A stretch of 64,000 bases of DNA from Pseudomonadota bacterium (GCA_038749065.1 JBCDIK010000001.1:9506-73505); one strand, 5' to 3'; positions 18,044 to 27,457 are shown, counted from the stretch's first letter. Numbers and translations are program-made. The notes: generated by a model from the letters alone, not told the origin.

Positions 18044-18562
18044 ATGGCAAACCGTATCAAGTCCAACGGCATCGACCGCGCACACCCGGGGCGGCGACCA
18101 CTGACAGCGGTGCTACGGCCGCTTGGCGCGATCGGACTGGCCGCGCTACTGAGTCTGGTCGCGACGTCCGCGCAAGCGGGTCCCGGGCACGGCTATCGGG
18201 GCTATGACGGCTTTGGCTACGGTCGCCACCTGGATCGCACCTATCACCGCGGTTTTCGCCGTGGTCTGCGCCATGGCCGGCGCCACTCGCGCAGCAACCG
18301 CGGTGCCTACCTCGCTGGCGGCGTCATCCTGGGCAGCGTGATCACCCACGCGCTGACGCGTCCGCGCTACTCAGAGCGAGTGGTGGAGTACCGCAGCACG
18401 ACCCCGGTGTACCAGGATCGTCGCGTTGTGGTCGATCAGGAACCGCAGCGCGTCTCACGACGCCTGTTCCGTGACCGCGACGGCAACTGCTACGAGCGGG
18501 AAACGACGCCTGCCGGCGACGACCTGCTGATCGAACTGCCCGACCGCGACTGCGACTGGTAA
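18044..18562 (+). CDS. hypothetical secreted protein, Arg/His/Gly/Tyr-rich
   Basis: Signal-like segment LGAIGLAALLSLVATSAQA. The low-complexity region is GHGYRGYDGFGYGRHLDRTYHRGFRRGLRHGRRHSR. One hydrophobic stretch is present. The C-terminal part has 2 Cys. No family was recognised. Confidence 0.4.
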   Translation: MANRIKSNGIDRAHPGRRPLTAVLRPLGAIGLAALLSLVATSAQAGPGHGYRGYDGFGYGRHLDRTYHRGFRRGLRHGRRHSRSNRGAYLAGGVILGSVITHALTRPRYSERVVEYRSTTPVYQDRRVVVDQEPQRVSRRLFRDRDGNCYERETTPAGDDLLIELPDRDCDW

Positions 18563-18608
18563 GGCGATCCCCTTGACCTCATGAGGTGCAGCGCTGACGC
18601 TGCGCCCC

Positions 18609-19136
18609 ATGAGCCGTTACCGCCCGCCGCGCCCTAAAGCCTCGCCCTACATCACCCCTGAGGGCCATGCCCGCCTGGAGGCGGAACTGAAGTACCTGTG
18701 GAAGGAGAAGCGCCCGGCGGTCACCGCCAAGGTCTCCGAAGCCGCAGCGATGGGGGATCGGAGCGAGAACGCTGAATACATCTACGGCAAGAAGCAGCTC
18801 CGGGAAATCGACAGTCGCATCAACTTTCTATCCCGGCGACTCGATGCCCTGACGGTCGTGGATCGGCAACCACCGGAGCTGGATCGGGTGTTCTTCGGCG
18901 CCTGGATCACCCTGGAGGACGAGGCCGGCGCGCAGGTGACCTATCGGATCGTCGGTCCGGACGAGTTCGATCAGGCCCCCGAATACATCAGCATCGACGC
19001 GCCCCTGGCTCGAGCCGCGCTCGGTAAACGGCGCGACGACGCCTTCGAGCTGAGCCTGGACGGCGCGATCAGTGAATACTGCATCGCAAAAATATCCTAC
19101 GACCCACCGACGGATATCCGCAGCGGGCCCGTATAA
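18609..19136 (+). CDS. greB: transcription elongation factor GreB
   Basis: Collinear with remembered E. coli GreB: ITPEGHARLEAELKYLW.E.RP.VT.KV..AA..GDRSENAEY.Y.K..LREID.R..FL and VFFGAW. It is about 175 aa. Confidence 0.9.
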   Translation: MSRYRPPRPKASPYITPEGHARLEAELKYLWKEKRPAVTAKVSEAAAMGDRSENAEYIYGKKQLREIDSRINFLSRRLDALTVVDRQPPELDRVFFGAWITLEDEAGAQVTYRIVGPDEFDQAPEYISIDAPLARAALGKRRDDAFELSLDGAISEYCIAKISYDPPTDIRSGPV

Positions 19137-19193
19137 GGAGTAACAGGCATCGACAGTGATGACTGACATCCCACTCCCTGCTGAGGAACAAAC

Positions 19194-19787
19194 ATGATGA
19201 TCCGCCCACAAACCCTGCTCCCCGCGTTGCGATCTGCCCTGCTGGCCACCCTGGGCCTGGGGCTTACCATGAGTGCCCTGGCCCATGCGCGGGGCGAACC
19301 CCTGGACCTCGATGCCCTCGCCACAGAGCGCGCTGAGCGCTTTGCGAGCGCCGACAGCGACGGCGATGCGCTGCTGACGGAAACGGAGTTCACCACGGCA
19401 GCCATCAGCATGCTCGAAGCCAAAGGCGAACGCTCAAGCCACCGCATGCGCCGGATGCGCCACCATGGCGCACGGGATAGCCGCCCGACAGAAGCCGACC
19501 GTGAGGCCCGGGAAGCGGCGCTGTTTGCACTGATGGACAGCGACGGCAAAGGCGAGCTGTCAGCACAGGAAGCCGGTCGCGAAAACCGGCGCAAGGCTAA
19601 ACGCACCCTGGGCATCGCGCACCGTTTCGAGCGTCTCGACAGCAACACGGACGGCGTTCTCACGGCCGCCGAGTTTGATGCGCCGCTCGCGCGGCTGCGC
19701 GCCGCTGACAGCGATGCCGACGGCGTCCTGAGCCGGGACGAGCGTAAAGCAGCACGCGCCAGCGCGCGGGCGAACGGCCGCGGCTGA
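19194..19787 (+). CDS. periplasmic EF-hand calcium-binding protein (4 EF loops)
   Basis: Signal peptide ...LGLTMSALAHA. There are four canonical 12-residue loops: DSDGDALLTETE, DSDGKGELSAQE, DSNTDGVLTAAE and DSDADGVLSRDE. Confidence 0.75.
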   Translation: MMIRPQTLLPALRSALLATLGLGLTMSALAHARGEPLDLDALATERAERFASADSDGDALLTETEFTTAAISMLEAKGERSSHRMRRMRHHGARDSRPTEADREAREAALFALMDSDGKGELSAQEAGRENRRKAKRTLGIAHRFERLDSNTDGVLTAAEFDAPLARLRAADSDADGVLSRDERKAARASARANGRG

Positions 19788-19811
19788 ATCCGGTCGCCGG
19801 CCAGCGCAGCG

Positions 19812-20420
19812 GTGTCGCCCCCACCGAAGGTCGGATCGACACCGCAGGCGCCCCTGGCCGACCTGTCCGACGAAGCACTGATGATGCACGTACGCACGGG
19901 CCGCGAAGCGGCGTTCGAGCTGCTCGTCGATCGCCACCAGGATGCGCTGCACGCGTTCTTGCTGCGCCTGTCCGGCTCCAGGGACGATGCGCTGGAAGTT
20001 GCTCAGGAAGCGCTGCTCACCCTGTGGCGCAAAGCCGACCGCTTTGACCACACGCGCGGCAAGCTGCGCACCTGGCTGTTCCAGCTCGCGCGCAATGCGC
20101 TCATTGACCGACAGCGCCGGCAGCAGCCCGGCACCGTGCAAACGGACCCATCAGAGAACGCCGCGGTGTCGGAAATCGCCGCGGCTTCAGAGATGGCGCA
20201 TCGGGAAGGGCGTGCAACGAGCGACCGGGACCCACTCGACACGCTTAAGGCACTCCTCGGCGCCCTGCCCGAGCGGCAACGGGAAGCCCTCGCCTTATGC
20301 TACCTGCAGGGCTTCAGCCAACGCGATTGCGCGGCGATCATGGGGATCAGCGTCACCGCGCTGGAAAGTCTGCTGGCGCGCGGCCGGGCGACGCTGAAAC
20401 AGGGGCTGGGCGAGCGATGA
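19812..20420 (+). CDS. ECF-type RNA polymerase sigma factor
   Basis: Region 2 reads AFELLVDRHQDALHAFLLRLSGSRDDALEVAQEALLTLWRKADRFD. Region 4 reads LPERQREALALCYLQGFSQRDCAAIMGISVTALESLLARGR. The GTG start lies 25 nt after the EF-hand gene stop. Confidence 0.82.
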   Translation: MSPPPKVGSTPQAPLADLSDEALMMHVRTGREAAFELLVDRHQDALHAFLLRLSGSRDDALEVAQEALLTLWRKADRFDHTRGKLRTWLFQLARNALIDRQRRQQPGTVQTDPSENAAVSEIAAASEMAHREGRATSDRDPLDTLKALLGALPERQREALALCYLQGFSQRDCAAIMGISVTALESLLARGRATLKQGLGER

Positions 20421-20442
20421 TCAGACATCGCCGGGAAATCAC

Positions 20443-20850
20443 ATGACACAACAGGATAAAGATGACGGGACGCTGGATGCGCTGCTCGCCGCTTTGCGGG
20501 ACGAAGAGCGCGCACAGGCAGCGCCGTTGCCGCTGAAAGCGACGGTCATGCGCGAACTGCAGGCACCGCAGGCCGGGGAAGAATCCGCCGGTGGGCTCCT
20601 CGAGGAACTCGGCCGCTGGCTGCGGCAGCACCGCCTCCAGGCATCGCTGCTGGGAGCCACGGCCACCGCCGCGCCCCTGGCGCTCGGGGTACTGCTCGGA
20701 ACCCTGGCCGGTCCGGTGGTCGAGTCCCCGACCACCGGGGCGATCGATGAAGCGCAGGCGCTCGAGCTCGCCATCGATCCTACTGCTGCGTGGCTGAACG
20801 ATCTGCAGAGCTACGGGGTTCTGGATGAAGAGGGAGCACTGAGCCCATGA
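20443..20850 (+). CDS. putative anti-sigma factor (single-pass membrane protein, no zinc-finger motif)
   Basis: It sits directly after the ECF sigma gene. It is 135 aa with one central TM (ASLLGATATAAPLALGVLLGTLAG). It lacks the HxxxCxxC motif. The assignment rests on position only. Confidence 0.4.
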   Translation: MTQQDKDDGTLDALLAALRDEERAQAAPLPLKATVMRELQAPQAGEESAGGLLEELGRWLRQHRLQASLLGATATAAPLALGVLLGTLAGPVVESPTTGAIDEAQALELAIDPTAAWLNDLQSYGVLDEEGALSP

Positions 20851-21383
20851 GTCCGACCCCTCAGAACGACGTGACGACCCGACGCTCCGGTCGCAAAAGC
20901 GTGATCGCGCTGCTGATTGCGCTGGCTTTGTCGCTGGCGGTCAATCTGCTCGGCGTCGGCTATCTGCTCGGGCGTGATCCGCATGCCGGGCGCGACCCGC
21001 GCAGCCATCACCGGCTGCACGGCGGCCCAGCGCAGCTGCGCGAATTCATGCACAGCCGCAGTGACGCCCGCCGGGCCGAGCTGGCCGTGGCCCTGGATCG
21101 CTACCGTGATGCGCTGCGCAACGGCGCCCGCAGCATGATCGCGGCGCGGCGCACCCTTGGCGAAGAACTGCGTCGCGAGCCGCTGGACCTCAAAGCCGTC
21201 CGCGCGGCCATGGCGCAGGTTGATCAGGCCATGCTGGAAGGATCCCGGCGCCACCACGAGGCACTGCTGCCGCTGTTGCAACAGCTCACCGCTGAAGAGC
21301 GTGCGCAGTTCGCCCGGCAGCGGCGTCTCGGCAGCGGCCGCGAGCACCGGCGCGAACGACGGGACGATATACTGGGCCGGTGA
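20847..21383 (+). CDS. membrane-anchored periplasmic LTXXQ/CnrX-like (heavy-metal sensor, Spy/CpxP-related) protein
   Basis: Its start overlaps the previous stop (ATGA). The N-terminal TM anchor is VIALLIALALSLAVNLLGVGYLLG. The His-rich stretch is DPHAGRDPRSHHRLHGG. The helical body has an LTAEERAQF (LTXXQ-type) motif. Confidence 0.55.
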   Translation: MSPTPQNDVTTRRSGRKSVIALLIALALSLAVNLLGVGYLLGRDPHAGRDPRSHHRLHGGPAQLREFMHSRSDARRAELAVALDRYRDALRNGARSMIAARRTLGEELRREPLDLKAVRAAMAQVDQAMLEGSRRHHEALLPLLQQLTAEERAQFARQRRLGSGREHRRERRDDILGR

Positions 21384-22015
21384 ATGCCGACCCGTCGCCG
21401 CAAGTACCCAACCATCCCGTTACCGCCGCGCTGCGCGCCGTCCACAGCGCGCTGGGCAGCTCCGAAGCCGTCTGGGAAACGGAGCACGACCCCCATTGGG
21501 CCTCGCCCTGCGAGCGCGGCCAGCCTTATCAGGATGCGGATGGAGGCTGGCGCACCCGCTGGCAGCCGGTCTCCCGGCTGTCGCCCCGAGGTGAGCTGCC
21601 AGGGGACTTCCAGGGCCTCGCGAACGCACTGGAAACCCCCATCCTCGAGGACCTGTGTGCGTACTACTCGAGCTTCTGGTCAGCCGGGCTGGACCTCGTG
21701 GCTCCGGACGGCCCGGTCAGCCTGCTGCAGCTGTGGAATCTGCAGGATGTTGACCGGCTGATCGAGAACCTCATCGGCCATGTCCTCGGGCAACGACGCG
21801 CGCGCGCCCCGCTGACGCTTTTCTTCGCCTGCACGGAAGCCGATTCCGATCTGATCCTGTCCCTCGACAATGCCACTGGCGCCGTGCTGCTGGAGCGCCC
21901 CGGGCAGACGCCGCTGCGCACCGTCGCACCGTCCCTCGCGCAGTTCCTGAGGACGCTGCAGCCCATGCAGGATCCGGCGCCCAACGCCCCGGACCCGGGC
22001 AAGCCGCTGGCGTGA
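21380..22015 (+). CDS. syd: SecY-interacting protein Syd
   Basis: Collinear with remembered E. coli Syd: SPCE, WQP, LQLWN..D..RLIENLIGHVLGQRRARAPLTLFFA (E. coli: LQTWS.[28 protein letters not shown]) and LAQFLRTLQP. The GTG start overlaps the upstream stop (GTGA). Confidence 0.7.
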   Translation: MNADPSPQVPNHPVTAALRAVHSALGSSEAVWETEHDPHWASPCERGQPYQDADGGWRTRWQPVSRLSPRGELPGDFQGLANALETPILEDLCAYYSSFWSAGLDLVAPDGPVSLLQLWNLQDVDRLIENLIGHVLGQRRARAPLTLFFACTEADSDLILSLDNATGAVLLERPGQTPLRTVAPSLAQFLRTLQPMQDPAPNAPDPGKPLA

Positions 22016-22077
22016 CGGAAGCCGCTGCCGTTTAATGCGCAGCCCGAGTCCTGCACCGCATCCGGATCGCTTCACCC

Positions 22078-23370
22078 TTGGCCACGCAGACCCTCCGCCT
22101 CGACCCCGTGGCCGCCCTGAGCGGCACCGTTGCGCTACCCGGCTCTAAGAGCCTGAGCAACCGTGCCCTGCTGCTGGCCGCGCTCGCCCGTGGCAACACC
22201 GTCATCGAGAACCTGCTGCGCAGCGATGATACGGAACGCATGCTGACGGCGCTCAACACCCTGGGTGTCCAGGTCAACACCCGGGGCACCCGCGCCACGG
22301 TTCAGGGTGTCGGCGGACCGCTTCCCACCACCACCGGCACCATCGAGCTCGATCTCGGCCTGGCCGGCACTGCGCTGCGACCGCTGGCCGCGGCGCTGAC
22401 CCTGGGCCGCGGCCGCTTCGTGCTCGACGGCGTGGCGCGCATGCGGGAGCGACCGATCGGTGATCTGGTTGACGCGCTACACCCTCTCGGTGCACGCATC
22501 ACCTACCTCGGCAACGCGGGCTATCCGCCCCTGCAGATCGATGGCGAAGGGCTCCCCGGCGGGGCCACAACCATTCGCGGCAACGTGTCCAGCCAGTTCC
22601 TGACCGCACTGCTGCTGGCTGCACCGCTGGCCCTGACGCCGGTGCAGATCGAGATCGAGGGTGATCTGGTGTCGCGCCCGTACATCGACATCACCCTCGA
22701 CGCCATGGCGCGATTCGGCGTGTCGGTGATCAACGATCACTACCAGCGCTTCTCGATACCGACCGGAGGCTATCGCTCTCCCGGGGAGTTCTGGATCGAG
22801 GGCGACGCCTCTTCCGGCAGTTACTTCCTTGCCGCCGGCGCAATCGCCGGGGACGGGGTCACCGTGACCGGGATTGGCAGCGACAGCGTGCAGGGCGACG
22901 TTGCCTTTGCCGATGCCCTGGCGTCCATGGGTGCCCGGGTGACAAAGGCACCCACGGCCATCACCATCGCGCCGCCGGCAACGGGAGCGCTGCAAGCGGT
23001 TGATCTGGATCTGAATCACATTCCCGATGCCGCCATGACCTTGGCGGTCGTTGCGCTGTTCGCCCAGGGCACCACCCGCATCCGCAACATCGCCAACTGG
23101 CGGGTGAAAGAAACGGACCGGCTCAGCGCCATGTCTACGGAGCTGCGCAAGCTGGGCGCGACCGTTGACGAGGGCCCCGACTGGATCGGCATCACGCCGC
23201 CGCCGGCGCTATGCAACGCCACCATCGCCACCTACGGTGACCATCGCATGGCCATGTGCTTCTCCCTCGCAGCGCTCGGCAACGCGGCAGTGACCATCGA
23301 AGATCCCGCCTGCGTCGACAAGACGTTCCCCGACTATTTCGAGGTCTACCGGCGGATGACCATTCGCTGA
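22078..23370 (+). CDS. aroA: 3-phosphoshikimate 1-carboxyvinyltransferase (EPSP synthase)
   Basis: [64 protein letters not shown] and [15 protein letters not shown]. Confidence 0.93.
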   Translation: MATQTLRLDPVAALSGTVALPGSKSLSNRALLLAALARGNTVIENLLRSDDTERMLTALNTLGVQVNTRGTRATVQGVGGPLPTTTGTIELDLGLAGTALRPLAAALTLGRGRFVLDGVARMRERPIGDLVDALHPLGARITYLGNAGYPPLQIDGEGLPGGATTIRGNVSSQFLTALLLAAPLALTPVQIEIEGDLVSRPYIDITLDAMARFGVSVINDHYQRFSIPTGGYRSPGEFWIEGDASSGSYFLAAGAIAGDGVTVTGIGSDSVQGDVAFADALASMGARVTKAPTAITIAPPATGALQAVDLDLNHIPDAAMTLAVVALFAQGTTRIRNIANWRVKETDRLSAMSTELRKLGATVDEGPDWIGITPPPALCNATIATYGDHRMAMCFSLAALGNAAVTIEDPACVDKTFPDYFEVYRRMTIR

Positions 23371-23522
23371 GATCGCGCCCGGCCGCGAATCGCCGCGCTG
23401 TGTCATGGCGCTGACAAGGCCACCTGCCCGTTCCCGTCACCATGAACGCGTCCTGATGAACAGGGCCTGTCTTCGCCGGCGCAGCCGCGCCCGAGTCGGA
23501 GCAGCAACCTAAGGAGCCTCTC

Positions 23523-23981
23523 ATGAAGACATCAGCATTCACTAAAGCCGCCGTTCTGGCCGCTTCCCTCGTGGCCGGCGGCGAAGCTGCAGCGGCATCC
23601 AACTGGACCGAATCGGCCTATCACGCCTGCACGGTTGGCCTCGGCAACGCCACGGGCACGCAGTCGGGCTGGCGCGCCACCGGCGGCACCGCGGTGATCT
23701 CGTGCCCGATTCAGCGCAAGCTCGGCTCAGCCAACCTCAACAATCTATACGCGCGCATCAAGCGGGCCAACGGCAGTGGCGCGGCGCCGTTCTGTACGCT
23801 GACCTCGTACAACAACTACAGCACCGCAACGAGCAGCAAGTCGAAGTTCGCATCGGCCGGTGCCGGCAACAAGAGCCTCAGCCTGCCGCTACCGACGATC
23901 TACTACAGCGGCTATCTCGGCCTGGTGTGCGTCCTGAACAGCAACGATGTGCTGTACGGCTATCGTTGGGGGCAGGACTAG
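23523..23981 (+). CDS. hypothetical small secreted protein (4 Cys)
   Basis: Signal peptide MKTSAFTKAAVLAASLVAGGEAAAA, preceded by AAGGAG. It is 152 aa and Ser/Thr/Asn/Gly-rich. No family was recognised. Confidence 0.45.
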   Translation: MKTSAFTKAAVLAASLVAGGEAAAASNWTESAYHACTVGLGNATGTQSGWRATGGTAVISCPIQRKLGSANLNNLYARIKRANGSGAAPFCTLTSYNNYSTATSSKSKFASAGAGNKSLSLPLPTIYYSGYLGLVCVLNSNDVLYGYRWGQD

Positions 23982-23984
23982 GCC

Positions 23985-24701
23985 ATGCCTACCGTCGCCC
24001 AATGCATTGGCGTGGCTGTCATGGGCAGCCTCGGTACAGCGGCGGCCTTCTGGCAGGCGGGCTGGTCGCCTTCGGGTGGCTCGCCCGCGCTTGTTGAGCC
24101 AGCGCCGTCAGCGGTCACGACCCCCGCTGCGGCGCCGGCGGCGCCTCCTACGGCTGCGCCCACCATCGCACACGTCAGCACCCCGATCGCCGCCCCGACC
24201 GGGGACCGGCAACACACGCAGCAGCAACTCGCCGAGCTGACCGACGCGGTCGCGGCACTGACCGCGGCTTTGAATGCCACGCAAGCCCGACTCGAACAGC
24301 TCGAAGGCAGCGGGCAGGCCAGCGTCACGACGGCTACCTCCGGCGTAGATGCTGAAGACTGGACCGAAGAAGACTTGGCCGCCATGGAAGCTCAGGCCCA
24401 GACCGCCTTCGATGAGAAGCTCGCGGCGCATGGCCTGCAGCGTGCGGACGGCGACTGGGAGCAGACGGTCAGCATGCACGTGACCGAACGTCTGGCCAGC
24501 CTGCAGCTCGAAGCCACCGCAGCACAGATTCTCGACACGGACTGCCGTGAATCACTGTGTCGCGTACGCTTCAGCGCTGCGGACGATCAGGTCCGGAGCA
24601 TGCTGCCGATCCTGCTGGCAAGCGCGGACCTTGGCGCGGTGGAGTTACGGCACTCAGGCGATGGCGACGGAACCATCACTGAAGCACTGCTGCAGCGCTA
24701 A
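23985..24701 (+). CDS. hypothetical membrane-anchored coiled-coil protein
   Basis: It starts 4 nt after the previous stop. It has an N-terminal hydrophobic anchor, an Ala/Pro-rich linker, the heptad-like segment QQQLAELTDAVAALTAALNATQARLEQLEG, and a C-terminal domain with 2 Cys. Confidence 0.4.
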   Translation: MPTVAQCIGVAVMGSLGTAAAFWQAGWSPSGGSPALVEPAPSAVTTPAAAPAAPPTAAPTIAHVSTPIAAPTGDRQHTQQQLAELTDAVAALTAALNATQARLEQLEGSGQASVTTATSGVDAEDWTEEDLAAMEAQAQTAFDEKLAAHGLQRADGDWEQTVSMHVTERLASLQLEATAAQILDTDCRESLCRVRFSAADDQVRSMLPILLASADLGAVELRHSGDGDGTITEALLQR

Positions 24702-24720
24702 CGCGGACGGCAGCGCTTGC

Positions 24721-25209
24721 TCAGGCGTTGCCGCGCGCTTCGAGCGCGAGCAGCCGCTCCTTGTTCTCGAGGCCGCCGCCAAAACCGGTCAGTGAACCGT
24801 TGCTGCCGATCACCCGGTGACAGGGCACCACGATCGGCAAGGGGTTCCTGCCATTGGCGGCACCGACCGCACGCACCGCTTTCGGCCTGCCAATCGCGGC
24901 AGCAATATCGCCATAGCTGCAGGTCTCACCGTAGGGAATGCGCGTCAGCGCCTGCCAGACCGCCCGCTGAAACTCCGTTCCTTCGGGCCGCAGCGTCAGA
25001 TCGAAGTGCTCCCGTTGTCCAGCGAAGTACTCCGCAAGCTGCCCTCGCGCGACTGCAAAGGCCGTGGGGACATGCACCCAGCCCGGGTCGATGGACCAGG
25101 CCTTGGGCCCGGTCGTAAATCCGATTAGGGTCAGGGCCGCGTCGTCCCCGGCCAGCACCAGCGGTCCGACCGGGCTCTCCATAGTGGTGTAGTTGCGTGA
25201 CTGACTCAT
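24721..25209 (-). CDS. ogt: methylated-DNA--protein-cysteine methyltransferase
   Basis: The active-site motif is IVVPCHRVIGSNGSLTGFGGG, with upstream YGDIAAAIG.P.A.RAVG.A...NP. The ATG at 25209 gives 162 aa. The longer track ORF is an extension into the alkA 3' region. Confidence 0.87.
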   Translation of the reverse strand: MSQSRNYTTMESPVGPLVLAGDDAALTLIGFTTGPKAWSIDPGWVHVPTAFAVARGQLAEYFAGQREHFDLTLRPEGTEFQRAVWQALTRIPYGETCSYGDIAAAIGRPKAVRAVGAANGRNPLPIVVPCHRVIGSNGSLTGFGGGLENKERLLALEARGNA

Positions 25210-25271
25210 GTCTTGCGCTCCTGTAATTGCGCTCCTGTGCCGCGCACGGCCTGTTGTCTTGCAGGGCCCGG

Positions 25272-26147
25272 CTATGGTGCCGGGGCCGATGGGTTCAAGG
25301 CTGTACGCCAGTCGGGGACAAAGGCAGCAGAGCGCGCCCACAGCGCCATCAGGGCATAGGCCCGGTAAGGACGCCAGCGCTCGGCCGCACGACGCGCCGC
25401 CGCGGCGGTCATGGACAGTTCCTTGAGCAGCACCCAATCCGCATCGGCGTAGGCATCCGCGTCCCCGGCCACGCGCATGGCTATGTAGCCGGCGGTCCAG
25501 GGGCCGATGCCGGGCAGCTCGACGAGCGCCGTCGCAAGCGACTCGCCATCGCTGTCAGGGCCCATGTCGAGTGCGCCGCTGCTGACGGCCTGCGCCAGTG
25601 CGCGCACCGCAGCGCCTCGTCGCCCGGGCATGCCGATGGCGGACACATCCGCCTCAACCAGTTGTGCCGGCGTCGGGAAAAAACCGTCACCGAAACGCTC
25701 ACAGAGCGCGATTGCCAGGTTGCGAGCGCGCGCGACGCTGACCTGCTGGCCGAGGATGGCGCGCACTCCGATCTCAAAACCATCCCAGGCGCCGGGTACC
25801 CGCAGGCCCGGAGAGCGCGCCAGCTGCTCGGCCAGCAGCGGATCGCGCGCGAGCCGGGCATCGATCGCGGCGCTATCCGCCGCCACATCGAACAGCGCGG
25901 CCACCCGCGGCTGCACCTGCTTAAGGCTCAGGGGCGCATCGATCGGCAGGGTCAGCCGTAGTGCGCCCCGCCGCCAGTCCACGGTCAGCACGCTGTCGCC
26001 CGCCGCATCCAAGCGCCGCTCGTAGTGCAGCCCGGTGACGGTCTCGATGCCGGGCAGTGCCCGCTGGGCCAGAAAGTCGAAAACCCAGGGCGCACAGTAA
26101 GGCTCGGTCACCGCCAGCTCGATCTGCTCTGTTCCGCTGATCGTCAT
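25272..26147 (-). CDS. alkA: DNA-3-methyladenine glycosylase II (AlkA-type HhH-GPD)
   Basis: AlkA N-terminal domain-like start. The HhH-GPD region reads ILGQQVSVARARNL and LPGIGPWTAGYIAMRVAGDADAY. It lies directly upstream of ogt on the same strand. Confidence 0.8.
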   Translation of the reverse strand: MTISGTEQIELAVTEPYCAPWVFDFLAQRALPGIETVTGLHYERRLDAAGDSVLTVDWRRGALRLTLPIDAPLSLKQVQPRVAALFDVAADSAAIDARLARDPLLAEQLARSPGLRVPGAWDGFEIGVRAILGQQVSVARARNLAIALCERFGDGFFPTPAQLVEADVSAIGMPGRRGAAVRALAQAVSSGALDMGPDSDGESLATALVELPGIGPWTAGYIAMRVAGDADAYADADWVLLKELSMTAAAARRAAERWRPYRAYALMALWARSAAFVPDWRTALNPSAPAP

Positions 26148-26266
26148 AGCGGCAATGTACCGCCTCAGCGCTGCCGTGGCTGGCCGTTTCGAGACTTCAT
26201 ATCAGCGCGCGACAGGCACTCGCGATCACTCGCTATAATTGCGGCTTACGCTCCAGTGACGCACGC

Positions 26267-27457
26267 ATGCAGGAACAGATCGACGCGGCCCTGGCCCGAG
26301 CCCGCAGTGACGGGACGCCGCAGAGCGTTCGCGGCAGCCTGAGCTGGCACTCGCCGCTGGCTGACGCAACCTGCACCGCCGACGTCAGCTATACGCTGGG
26401 GACGCAGCAGCGCCAGGTCGAGATCGATGGTCTCGCCGTCGATCTCGCCGCCCCGATCGCGCTGGAAGGACTGCCGATTCCCAAGCCCTGGGGCCAGGAG
26501 ATCTGGTTTTCCGGCATGGAGGCGCGCGGCGAATCGCAGGTGCGCGTCGGCGGGCGCCGACTGCCTCTGCCCGCCTACCTCGCGCTGGCACCGCGCTGGC
26601 TGACCGGCGGCCAAGTGCCCATTCTGCTGAAGATCCTCGATCCGGACCCGCGGCCCGTGCGCGGCGACCTGTACCTCGAGGTCCACGAGGAGAAACGGGA
26701 AAGCTACGTCGTCACCCACCTCGACCCCGGCGCCTGGCCGGACGGGGTCGGCGCGATTCGCTACGGCGTCGACCAGGCACGGCGCGCCGCCGCCGGCTCC
26801 GATGCGGCCTTTCGCGCGCACTTCCTCGAGGCTATCCAGGCCTACGAGCGTGTACGTCGGCTGCTCGATGAGGAGGCGGTAGATCTCCATGAAGACCCCG
26901 TCCTCGCCGGGGCCAGCCGCTCCGACCTGCCGGCGATCGAGCGGTCACGACGGGCGGCGATGGATGCGTTCACTACCCTTGTGCCCCTGCGCGTGGGCGA
27001 TATCGTCCAGGTTCCACCCTGGCACCCCCACGCCCTGCAGCACGGCGTGCGTGTGGTCGAGTTTCAGACGCCAACCTACGAGCGGTACATCATCTCCTTT
27101 GCCCAGCGCGTGCTGACCCAGCCGCATTGGGACAGTGAACGCGCGCTTGCCGATCTGTCCCTCGAGCCGCGTCCGCTGGTGATGGACGAGGCAGACAACG
27201 CCGACCTGGCAACCACCCGCGTTGCTCGCTACGATCATTTCGGCGCTCTGCGGCTGAAGCTCTGTACAGCGCGTCCGTACCGGATACCGGCGGCACTACC
27301 CTATCTTGTGGGCTACTGCATCGATGGCCAGGCAGGCTGCGGTGACCTGGCGCTGTCGCCGGGCGAGGCCTTTTTCGTGCCCGGCACCGCCATCGCTGCG
27401 GGGGCTAGTCTGCACGGCGATGACGCCAGCATCCTGATAGCGGCACCCGGCCTGTGA
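26267..27457 (+). CDS. type I phosphomannose-isomerase-like cupin protein (divergent)
   Basis: KPWGQEIWFSG, ILLKILD and LEVHEEKRESYVV occupy the position of the PMI QVHP metal motif. GDIVQVPPWHPHALQHGVRVVEFQTPTYERY resembles the PMI C-terminal His motif. Confidence 0.5.
   Translation: MQEQIDAALARARSDGTPQSVRGSLSWHSPLADATCTADVSYTLGTQQRQVEIDGLAVDLAAPIALEGLPIPKPWGQEIWFSGMEARGESQVRVGGRRLPLPAYLALAPRWLTGGQVPILLKILDPDPRPVRGDLYLEVHEEKRESYVVTHLDPGAWPDGVGAIRYGVDQARRAAAGSDAAFRAHFLEAIQAYERVRRLLDEEAVDLHEDPVLAGASRSDLPAIERSRRAAMDAFTTLVPLRVGDIVQVPPWHPHALQHGVRVVEFQTPTYERYIISFAQRVLTQPHWDSERALADLSLEPRPLVMDEADNADLATTRVARYDHFGALRLKLCTARPYRIPAALPYLVGYCIDGQAGCGDLALSPGEAFFVPGTAIAAGASLHGDDASILIAAPGL

Noticed and set aside
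21384-21761. 125-aa alternative-frame ORF starting at ATG 21384 just after the LTXXQ gene
   Set aside because: The Arg/Pro/Ser-rich translation has no motifs. The overlapping frame starting at GTG 21380 gives a full-length Syd-like protein.
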